The notes under the pieces are model-generated. The model made no database searches. It was not told the origin of the DNA and saw only the letters and a list, made by a program, of their open reading frames with translations. From Antedon mediterranea (lineage: Eukaryota > Animalia > Echinodermata), in NCBI RefSeq assembly GCF_964355755.1, contig NC_092672.1, positions 28,774,437 through 28,838,436 on the forward strand: DNA of 64,000 nt, given 5' to 3'. This document shows, piece by piece, positions 25,301-37,300 of the stretch (position 1 is its first letter; each line of letters starts with the position of its first letter). The position numbers were made by a program, and so were the translations under genes.

Positions 25301-28300
25301 AATTTAAATGTAGGCCTAAACATAGTGAACTAAAAGATTACCTCACAGGATTAAAACATTTGTAAAACTAGAGGGTACTCCGAGAGTACAAACCTCCGCC
25401 TACTGTAAAATTCCTCTACATAAAATGCCCCCTGAATATTTTTTTTAAACATTTTTTTTTATTAGTTCTAAGTGTAAATATGTTAACTGCACACTACAAA
25501 GTTGTGGATGACAGTGTGGTGTAATGGTTATGTATCCAGCCTCTCACAGTTGAGGTCGCTGGTTCAAGCCCCACTGAGGGGTTTTTTTTTTTAATTATTT
25601 TTTTATTTTTTATTTTTTTTTTTTTGGTGGACCTTGATCTTTGACCCTGACCCTTCAAAATGTAACCACAATTATATGATGTGTCATTGATCATTGTGGC
25701 TAAGTTTGGTGAGAATCGGATCAAAACTGTGGTCTCTAGACAGTAAAATAGTTTTTTGTTAGTTGTGACCTTGACCTATGACCTTTCCCCCTCAAATTCG
25801 AACTCGTCCGAGCTTTTTGGGCATAGATCATTGTGTCCAAATTTGGTTAGAATCGGATAAAAACTGTGGCCTCCAGGCTGTTCACAGACACACACACAAA
25901 CACACACAAACATACAGGGGTGAAAACATAACCTCCTTGGCGGAGGTAATAAATAGATAAAAAGTGACTAACCTAAATGAATATTATTACTATTTTTATT
26001 ATTATTATTGTTTTTTTGTTGTCGTCGTCGTTGTTGTGGCTGCTGCTATTGCTACTGTTGCAGCTGTTGCTGCTGTTGTTGTTGTTTCTGTTGTTGCTGT
26101 TGCTGCTGTTGTTGTTGTTTCTATTGTTGCTGCTGTGGCTGCTGCTGTTGCTACTGTTGCAGCTGTTGCTGTTGTTGTTGTTTCTGTTGTTGCTGTTGTG
26201 GCTGCTGCTATTGCTACTGTTGCAGCTGTTGTTGCTGTTGCTGTTGTTGTTGTTTCTGTTGTTGTTGTTGTTGCTGTTGTTGTTGTTTCTGTTGTTGCTG
26301 TTGCTGTTGTTGTTGTTTCTGTTGTTGCTGCTGTTGTTGTTGTTGTTTCTATTGTTGCTGTTGCTGCTGTTGTTGTTTCTATTGTTGCTGTTGCTGTTGT
26401 TGTTGTTTCTGTTGTTGCTGTTGTTATTGCTGTTGTTGCTGTTGTTGTTGTTTCTGTTGTTGCTGTTGTTATTGCTGTTGTTGCTGTTGCTGTTGTTTCT
26501 ATTGTTGTTGTTGTTGCTGTTGTTGTTGCTGTTGTTATTGCTGTTGTTGCTGTTGTTGTTGTTTCTATTGTTGCTGTTGCTGCTGTTGTTGTTGTTGCTG
26601 TTGTTATTGCTGTTGTTGCTGTTGTTGTTGTTTCTATTGTTGCTGTTGCTGTTGTTGTTGTTGTTGCTGTTGTTATTGCTGTTGTTGCTGTTGTTGTTGT
26701 TATTGCTGTTGTTATTGCTGTTGTTGCTGTTGTTGTTGTTGTTGCTGTTGTTATTGCTGTTGTTGCTGTTGTTGTTGTTGTTGCTGTTGTTATTGCTGTT
26801 GTTGCTGTTGTTGTTGTTTCTATTGTTGTTGTTGTTGCTGTTGTTATTGCTGCTGTTGTTGTTGTTTCTATTGTTGCTGTTGCTGTTGTTGTTGTTGTTG
26901 CTGTTGTTATTGCTGTTGTTGTTGTTGCTGTTGTTATTGCTGTTGTTGCTGTTGTTGTTGTTTCTATTGTTGCTGTTGCTGCTGTTGTTGTTGTTGCTGT
27001 TGTTATTGCTGTTGTTGCTGTTGTTGTTGTTTCTATTGTTGTTGTTGTTGCTGTTGTTGTTGCTGCTGTTGTTGTTGTTTCTATTGTTGCTGTTGCTGCT
27101 GTTGTTGTTGTTGCTGTTGTTATTGCTGTTGTTGCTGTTGTTGTTGTTTCTATTGTTGTTGTTGTTGCTGTTGTTGTTGCTGTTGTTATTGCTGTTGTTG
27201 CTGTTGTTGTTGTTTCTATTGTTGCTGTTGCTGCTGTTGTTGTTGTTGCTGTTGTTATTTCTGTTGTTGCTGTTGTTGTTGTTTCTATTGTTGCTGTTGC
27301 TGCTGTTGTTGTTGTTGCTGTTGTTATTGCTGTTGTTGCTGTTGTTGTTGTTTCTATTGTTGCTGTTGCTGCTGTTGTTGTTGTTGCTGTTGTTATTGCT
27401 GTTGTTGCTGTTGTTGCTGTTGCTGCTGTTGTTGTTGTTTCTATTGTTGCTGTTGTTGCTGCTGTTGTTGCTGTTGTTGCTGTTGTTGCTGTTGCTGCTG
27501 TTGTTGTTGTTTCTATTGTTGCTGTTGTTATTGCTGTTGTTGCTGTTGTTGTTGTTTCTGTTGTTATTGCTGTTGTTTCTATTGTTGCTGTTGCTGCTGT
27601 TGTTGTTGTTTCTGTTGTTATTGCTGTTGTTGCTGTTGTTGTTGTTTCTGTTGTTATTTCTGTTGTTGCTGTTGTTGTTGTTTCTATTGTTGCTGTTGTT
27701 GCTGTTGTTGTTGTTGCTGTTGTTATTGTTGTTGTTGTTGCTGTTGTTGTTTCTGTTGTTGCTGTTGTTGCTGTTGTTGTTGTTTCTATTGTTGCTGTTG
27801 TTGCTGCTGTTGTTGCTGCTGTTGTTATTGTTATTATTGTTGTTATTGTTGTTTTTATTGTTACTATTATTATACTTTTATTATTTTCAGATCCCAAGCA
27901 CAGTTTTCATATGATCTTGAAATAAATGGCATCTATCCTGATCATGGTTCTCTACAAGGTGGTACAACGGTATCCATTATCGGTTCTGGTTTCGGTACTA
28001 ATACCTCTTTGGTTGATGTATTATTTGGTCGTGTGACCTGTGACATCACACATTTGAATGATGACCTTATTAAATGTACATCCAGGAGCTCAGGAGTTGT
28101 ACATACTGTAACCAATCAAGGAAAGCATGAATGTATGTTGATACAAGAAGTGTCTTTGTAACATAGTCCCACTGACCTAATCAAAGAGAAACAAACTATC
28201 ATTAAAGTGTAGTATAGATCAGGCTTTGTTAATTTAGATCTTGGACGTAAGTTTCAGACATGGTAGGCCCACACAAGACACAATACAATATCTACACCTT

Positions 28301-31300
28301 GAACGCCCACAATATATTTTCCCACAATAGGAATTCATTTCTTGGAGGAGATTCAGTAATTGAACCTGGAAAAGTTAAACCTGATTTATTATAGGCGCTC
28401 GAAAATAAATAAAACGGTATTGTAATCCAAAATAAAAAGATATCCAATAGACAATGATAACTCCCAAATTATTTCCTTTGAACATAAAATGTATTCTGAA
28501 AATAAGATTGTCCAATAAACTAGGCTGGTATTTATCAATGTTGTTAAAGTCAAGCAGTGCTTACTGAAGTAAAAAACAGAAGTTAAAATCAAACCAGTGC
28601 TTGTCATTTGGAGAATGCTCTTGTCATCTTAGCTTAGGTCATTTCTAATATAAATTGTCTTCTAAGACTCCATGACTTTAAACACCATGACTTAAAAGTG
28701 TTTATCTATGTCTATCTTTTTTTCTGTTACAGACTATGGAGTTGGTTATAAGTGGGATCCACAGGTGTTAAAAATAATGGCAGGTGATACAGTGATGTGG
28801 CAATGGTCAACACCTGCTCTTGTTGACTCTGTAGGTTATACGGTTCAACAAACTGCAGATTCAGATTCTGTAGTATATGATGGTGAAGGGTTCTATGCAG
28901 GGTCAAGATCCAAGAGTGGTAAGGAGGTTGTGATTCATTAAGCTACATCCTATTCAAATAAATTAACAAAACAGAAAATTTAGAATATGGTTCTTATTTT
29001 TGCTATATCTATAAACATTATAAAGAAAGTGTAAACCTCACAGCAATAATGTTTCTTTTATTCAATGTTAAATCCTCAATACAGCACAACACTATTATAC
29101 CACTTTTGTAATAATTAACTGGAACACTGTTTTTTTTAAAATAAACAGGTACTTATTCTCACACATTCTACAATGAAGGAGATTATTATTACTCAAGTGA
29201 TCCTGTAAATTATGATGTCCCAGAGGAAGACAAATTCTATTTAACCGGAATCATCCAAGTAGCTCCATTTGGATCTGTGGCTTATCCAGTATCTGTAAAA
29301 TTAAATGGAATTGCCGCCAAACATGATGTCAGTGCTCAGAGTAATACTCCAACTGATAGCAGTTCTTTTCCAGGAGATGATGACAGCATATCTGGTTGTT
29401 ATTCAGCAATGCCAGACATAAGCTACACCTCATTGTTCTCTTTTGCATTCTGGGATTGCAGTACAGCTACTATTGACGTCATTGAACCAGTGATTGGCTC
29501 CGCTGAGCAGACTATAACCATCAGAGGATCTGGTTTCAGTAATGTGTCTTGTGAGAATGTGGTCATGATTGGGAATGATCACGTATGTAGTGTCACTTTC
29601 AGTAATAAAACTCTTATTGAATGCACTATTGCAACCAATAACACACTACTAGTTGGTTATTATCACGAGATATCAGTTAATGTGAAAAATCAAGGTTACG
29701 CTATAAATGTTATTGATACGCTAGCAGCAAGAAGTTATATCTTAGTGCCTAGTATAACCTCTGTTGATCCATCTGAAGGTTCTCTGGCTGGTGGTACAGT
29801 TCTTACAATTGAGGGAAATGGGTTCGCTGCCTCATCTGTTGATGAATTGATTGTATCTCTTGGACCAGAGTCCTGTCTCATTCAATCATTTAACTACACT
29901 CACATAATTTGTGCCACCACTTCTCATGATGTATCTGGTCATGTATTTGATGTTGCTATCGAATTAAACCAACAGTCATCCATCAACATCGGTGGTCAGC
30001 CTTTCAGTTTCATCTACCAGCAACATCTGACAATGCAAGTTCAAGACCTTTTTCAAGATACTATTAGTGGTGCCTTAACCACCATCTATGTAAATGGATC
30101 TGACTTTGGTGATGTCATCAGTGACATCACAGTAACGTTCGGAAATGTTGATTGTGCTGTGGTTGCTGTAAATAGTGAAGAGATTGAGTGTGAGGTTGGC
30201 TATGTTCCAGTAGGTGAACTGGCAATCATGGTACATCGAAAGAGATATGGAAATGCAAACTTAGTCAATTTTGATGCTGTATGGGGAGATGCTGTTATCA
30301 ATACTATTATTCCACAACAGGGAAGTACTAAAGGTGGAACTATGGTGACAATCGAAGGAAGCGGATTCCATACTGATGACACATCTGTAGTAATAGATGG
30401 TGATGTTTGTTAAATTATATTTGTTAACATTTCAATGGTCACATGTATCACAAACTCTCACTCAGCTGCCACTACAAACATTCTTGTTACATCAAATGGA
30501 GAAGAGTTCCCTACTAAGGCTTTTCAGTTCAAATCTTCGGCAACTCCAACGATAACATCAGTTTCTCCATCATCTGGAAATTATGGCGACAGTATCACAA
30601 TACGTGGAGTCAATTTTGGATCATCGGCAGCAGACGTTAAAGTAAACATTGATGGCAAAGAGTGTACTGTGGTAGGCAGCGTGACAGCGACAAAGATTGT
30701 CTGTCAGGTTCCTTCACACAGCGCTGGTGTGTATACCGTAGAAGCTGATGTATTCAACCTGGGGAAAGCTTCATCAGTTGAAACATTTGAGTACATTCTC
30801 TCAGTTGCGTCTAGTTTTCCCATTGATGGTAAGCACATTTTGGAAGTTTAATACAAAACCTTCTTAAATATTGCTGAAAAAGTTCTTCTACATGAAGTTA
30901 ATTATGTTATGATGCCCAAAAGTTCGAGATATCATATCTAGAAAACATCACCTGATGTTGATTTAATCTAGGAAGCATAGCCACTCAATTACTTAAGTAA
31001 GCTCTTTTTATGTTGAAGAAAAAGAAACTCAAAAGAAATTTGCATTGTCACTTCTCTTAAAGATAAATGGATTTTGATATTTTTTTTTATCGTATTACAG
31101 GAAGTTTTGCTGGCACAAAAACACTAAACCTAACTGGTTTTAGTTTTGATGAAGATAGAACGAAGGTAACAGTATGTGGTAACCCATGTGATGTCACAAC
31201 GGGGACATATACTTTTGTCCAGTGCCTAATACCGGTCAATGATGGAATTGGTAAATTGTTTGATATTGGTAAAATGTTATATTCATAATGCATAAGTACT

Positions 31301-34300
31301 ACCTCCTTCCTCCAGCATCCCCACATATATCCATCAAAATGTTTGAAAAGGAAGAGTTGTAGCTCTTGTTTTTTACCTATTGTTTTTTGCCTATTTTCTA
31401 AAATGTCTCCATTTTTTGACAGCTTCATCAACAGTTATATGTGACATTGTTCTTTCTGTGGACAGTGGATTGATTGCCACCTTGTCAAACGCATTCACTT
31501 ACAAGAGTTCACTAACAGCTACTATAAACTCAGTAAAACCAACAAGAGGGGGAACGGGTGGAGGAACTGATTTAACTATTACTGGTACTAGATTTAGGTA
31601 TTAGACCATTTTTACAAACAATATAGAAAAGTAGGGTCTTCATGTTCATAATCATAAGTAATGTCATTCAATGCTAGATTTAACACTCCTCTATTTAACA
31701 CTCTTCGAGGAGTTTCCATTTCCTCTTCTCCTAAGGTATTGACTAGTTCAAAATGCTCTTCACCTTCTTTCTTGTCGTCTTCTTTTTTTCTAAAATTTCT
31801 TAACTTAGTTAATTTTTCTTGTTTTGGTATGTTGTCTTTTTGTATGATTTATAGCATTTTTTCCATTGCTCGTTGGGTTGTTATTAATTGTAAATATTAA
31901 TTAAACATTATAATATATCATTGAAGGTCTTCTGGCAATGTGGTGACTATTGATGGTTCTGAATGCATCATTTCTTCTGAATCGACTACCGTGATAGAAT
32001 GTACAACAGAAGCTCATCAAGGTTCCATCAAGACTCATGTCAGAGTTGTGACAGATGATGATGACAACATTGCCACACAGGTAATAATCAAGCTATGTAA
32101 CACATTTACCTTCATGTAACATAAATAATCAAGAATAGATAAGGTCTCTTGATCTATATTATTATTGAGATTTTCAATACTGGTATAGTACATTATCTAT
32201 CAATTAATTATTTACAAATAACGCCTGGTCCATCCACAGTGACACAATGCATAATACTGTGATGGATATGGTACAACTACTTCCGAATAAACTCTAGCAA
32301 AACTTTAATAATACGAAGTTTGTGGGCAAATAAACCTTAACTTTATTTCCCAACACGAAATGCGCAGTCTGTTTGTTAACAAATTGATCTGTACATGTGT
32401 AAGTAACATGGAAGAATTCAGAACATTTGAGCATATATATGACAATTTGTAATTCTGAATTTACTATTTCAACTCAGTTCCATTGCAACTCACGTTATTT
32501 GTATAGGCCTGCTATTTAATCATCATTTAGTAGGTGTGGGCATACAGATACATGGATGTTTTTATCTTTAACAGAAAAATGCTGACTACTTTTACATAGA
32601 TGTATGGTCATCCATTTGGTCTTGGGAAGGAAAACACCCTCCAATTGCAGGTCAATTTGTTTTAGTACCTGCCGGACAAACACTTCTGTTGGATATCGAT
32701 ACACCTATACTAGCAATGCTTTTAATTCAAGGTAATGTTATTTACAATGCAATGGTTAATTTAGTTTTGGTTGTGTGTGTTTTTGTTTTTTTCTCCATCT
32801 TGTCATTCATTTCAACTAAGCCCTTAAAGTTCCAATGGGAACATTATAAACAAGGCCAACAGCCATAAGTCGCGTGCTCTCAGAAAAAAAATGAACTTTC
32901 AAAAAGTAATGTACTTTAAAACTTTTCTGTACATCAAAACAGTTCAAAAAGTACAGAAAAGCGATAAAACGCATAGTGATACCGGACCGACAGACAGACC
33001 GACAGACCGACCGACCGACATAGTAAACTATTGAGTCGCGTCCACGCGACTAAAAACAAAACAATAATTAATAATACTGGGCTTTCAATTTGCGATGACA
33101 TTTGAGCTGTGTGAATTATGCAATTTGTCTTAGTCATCGATCATCTGTCGTCAAATCTATATTCATTATTTCGCTAGCACCGTACACCTACAGAAAGGTA
33201 TGTCTGTACAGAACATAATCCAAGGAAATCGATAAAATTCGGTATGATAATAAAGCCGATTTTCCACTAGGCGAATTTGTTCGTGCGAATCGAAGGCGTC
33301 AGCTAATACGCATGCGTAGAGAAGGATTTGGAATATGTAAACATGAATACACATGCGTACAAGCTGGCGCGTTCGATTCGCGCGAACAAATTCGCCTAGT
33401 GGAAAATCGGCTTAACAGTTGCCGAATAAATCTCAATGCACGCAGCATCCTAAACACGGTGATTGTGATACTTTTTTTGCTTAGGAGGTAAATTAATTTT
33501 CGATGAAAAGGATTTAGAGTTACATGCAGAAAACATTCTCATCACTGATGGAGGATTGTTGCAAGTTGGCACGGAAGAAGAACCATTCCAGCACAAAGCA
33601 ACCATTATGATGCATGGTCACCAGCGTTCACAGGAACTTCCTCTTTTTGGTGCCAAGACTCTTGCTGTAAGAAATGGAACACTTGATCTTCATGGTAACT
33701 ACATTTCATTCCTTCTGTATTTAACTTGTAAATTAAGCTTGTAAATGTCATTTTATAAAGTCTATGCAAAATATTCATAAATCTGATATCATAAGTACTG
33801 CTTGAGATTCTTAAATCTCCAGTACAAATACCCTCCTGTAATGCATTTTGAAAATGTGACATGCCTGTTTTATCAAATTTCCCTCTGGTATGCTGCCACT
33901 AATCGTTCCATGTTGCCACCTCATCCCCATTACTTCATTTTTTCATCTTCTTCTAAATTCTTTCTTTAGTTATTTTTATGTTCCATGATGTCGCTCCATA
34001 CACCATCTTTTATTTGTATTTCACTTTTCCATATCACCCTTTCTTCTTGTGAAATGTTCAGTTCTTCTCCATCTATTTCTTGGATTTTTTTGTACAGGTA
34101 TTCCAGTTCCTGTTACATGGACACATCTGGCAGAGTCTGCTGCAGCTGGAAGCACTACCATTGTATTGGAACAATCCGTCACATGGAACATCGGTGACCA
34201 TATAGCAATTGCGTCTACTGGACATCGGCATAGCCAGCGGGAAATTGAGATGGTGCGAATTGTAGGTATGTAAGTAACGTGGTCATGGCTTTAGCTATTC

Positions 34301-37300
34301 ATTGTAATGCTCAGTAATGCGTCAAATGTATATTAGCCACATAAGACCTGTAACTGAATATGCGTGTCCGGTATGGCACTCTGCCTTAACCATAGCACAA
34401 TCCATGGAGCTTGAATCTATACAGAAACGCGCATGTAGAATAATTCTCGGACAAAAATATGCATCCTATGATCAAGCAATTAAACTACTTAATCTTAAAT
34501 TTTTAGATCAAAGAAGAGAAGATATTCTTCTTGATTTTGCTAAAAATCTTAACAAAATCGTCCCTAACGCATTGAGAGGCGAAACGTGTGGCAGGATACT
34601 TAGAAATGCTAAGAAGCAAAGTGAAATATATGGCAATACTAAAAGATTCAACAACTCATGTTTCCCAGCACTGTGTAGACTAATTAATAAACCAAAATAA
34701 ACACAACAATAATAATAATAATAAGTAATAAGTACTTTCATCAGTTTCTTCCATGTGTAATATCTCCTTTTTAAAAATATTTCTTTTTTAAACTTTTTAA
34801 CTTTTTAATGTTGTAAATGTTGATGTTTGAAAGCTTGTACCAATTTTATATGTAAATCTCTCGCAATTCAGTTTTATTTTATATATACTGCAAAGAGAAA
34901 TTTTAAATAAAAGCAGAATGAATGAAAGTAGGAATAGGTTTTAATGGATAGGTACTTTTTGATTTATGTTAGATGTATCGTCTGATGGACTGACACTTGA
35001 AGTTGAACCTGCACTTAAATTCGAGCACATCTCAATTGAGCAAATTCTAAATGGCGTGTTTTTATCAACTAAAGCTGAAGTTGGTCTTTTGACCCATAAC
35101 GTTGTCGTTCGTGGATCAGTACAAGATGAATGGACAAAGAACATTCAAGCATGCAAAGACGATTCGTTTTTCGTAAACTTTGAATCAATAAACAAACATC
35201 ATGTTCATGTTTTATGATATTTGAAGAAAATTCAAAAAGAGAACACACATTTTATGTGTAAATCATATTATTTATTTTTTTTATAGATCAATTTGCAACA
35301 CAAACATGCTTTCAAGGCCGTTATGGCGAGGAGATTGGGAGTGAACAATTTGGTTCACAGATAATGCTATTTGGAAAATATAGAGATCAAGAACTTGTAA
35401 AAGGTCGCATTGAGTATGTCGAGGTCACTAATGCAGGACAGGCATTCCGTCTCGGACGTTACCCAATACACTTTCATTTCAATGGTGATGTTAGTGGTTC
35501 ATACGTTCGTGGATGCGGAATCCATCATACTTTTAATCGGGCTGTTACAATCCACTCTGTGGACAACTTATTAGTAGAACACAACGTTGTATTCGATATC
35601 ATGGGACATGCATATTTTATGGAGGATGGTAATGAAATGGAAAACACTATCCAATTCAATCTCGGAATCTTTGTCAAGAGTAGCTCTAGTCTGCTAAGCG
35701 TTGACGTAACACCTGCAGCATTCTGGATAACAAATCCTAACAATACTGTGCGACATAATGCAGCTGCCGGTGGCTCACATTTTGGGTTCTGGTACAATAT
35801 GCCTGAAAATCCAGGTGGTCCTTCATATACAACATCAATGTGTCCTCGTAAAATGGTTATGGGTGAATTCAAAAACAACACTGCTCATTCCCAAGGCTGG
35901 TACGGCCTCTGGGTTTCCCCAGAATATCATCCAATTAAAGGTGGACAGTGCAACTCCAACACACCAACTCAGGCAAAGTTTTACAGTCTAACTGCTTGGA
36001 AGGTAGAAAGAGGGGCTGAGTGCATTGCCGTCGGCAGTGTCCAGTTTCATGATTTTTTAATTTCCGATGCTGATAAAGCAGGAATTGAATATCAAAAAAT
36101 TGAAGCAGGTATTCCATTTGATAATGATGGAGCTCTTGTCAAGGATTCCACAATCATTGGATACAGTGGCATTTCAAAACAATCTGAATGCACATTAGCT
36201 GGTATCCGTGCTCCCCACAACTCTGGCCTGACCATTGATGGTGTTCACTTCATCAATTTTAAAGATAACCGTTGTGCAACTTTGCATTCCTGTTCCATGT
36301 GTTTGAGTAACCAGGGTGGATTCCACACACGAGTAAAAAATCTTGAGTTTACAGAATCTCCAAACAAAGCTGCGTTTCTATGGCAACATGAGCATTGGTT
36401 TGAAGATTTGGATGGCACTCTAACAGGATCAAACAAGGCCAATCAGAATGTTTTACCTAACAATCCGAACCTCCCACCAGCTCATTGTGCTAAAGATGAC
36501 GCCTACAGCTTAGGTTTTGTTGATGGTGCTGCTTGTGACGATACAGTAAAACTTCACCGTATGGCATTTAATGCCGCTTTTCCATCTTCTCTTCGCTATA
36601 AAAATGCCTTATTTACTAATCAACATGGCACAAGCAGTATACTCTACCGTGCAAAACGACTAACGCATCTCAAAGGTTGGATGATAACATTAATAGAGGG
36701 AGACACATACAACTTCATTTTTGAAGATGTTGACCACGTGACCAACATTACGTATAAAGCGGATTTCTATAATTTTAACGATGGTGACTATGTTATTATT
36801 AATCATAACTTTACACAGAGTCCTGATGTGTTTGCAACGATCGGTTACGTTACAGCCAGTACACAACAAATGGTGACTTACGAGAACAACTACGGTGATT
36901 ATTATTTTAATGATGATAACAACAACCTTTACTACTTAGGTAAGTAATCTGTATAATTATTTTTTTTCACATTTTTAACAATTCTATCGATATCGTATAA
37001 AAAACTAGAAACAAGTGAACTGACATTACTTACTAATTAATTACTGCAGTAACGCCAAATTAATTAACTGTGTTATTCATAGAAGCTATAATGTACATTT
37101 TGTTTTAAGCTTGTGTAGATTATTAGCATTCTTAGTCTTTGGCGTGTGGTGTGATAATTTCTAATTAATTTGTATTTCAATGCCGTTTGTAAAAGTATGT
37201 TCCCGGATGGTCGTAAAATCAAAGCAGAACTTGGTTTTGTCTAATATCGTTCGTATTCTCAACTATACATCCATACATGTACTGATGAAGAAAGTCTCTT

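Noticed and set aside
25964-28161. Four 630-717 aa ORFs (poly-Val/Ala, poly-Leu, poly-Cys, poly-Thr)
   Set aside because: By-products of a stop-free trinucleotide repeat inside an intron. Only 27891-28132 is a real exon.
30411-30413. Stop-codon reassignment or selenocysteine as the explanation for the in-frame stops
   Set aside because: The stops are TAA and TAG, not TGA. Only two occur in ~4,650 codons, and TAG ends the gene normally.
35525-36442. Overlapping and antisense ORFs within exon 37
   Set aside because: Shadow frames of the conserved fibrocystin-L exon, with no independent motifs.
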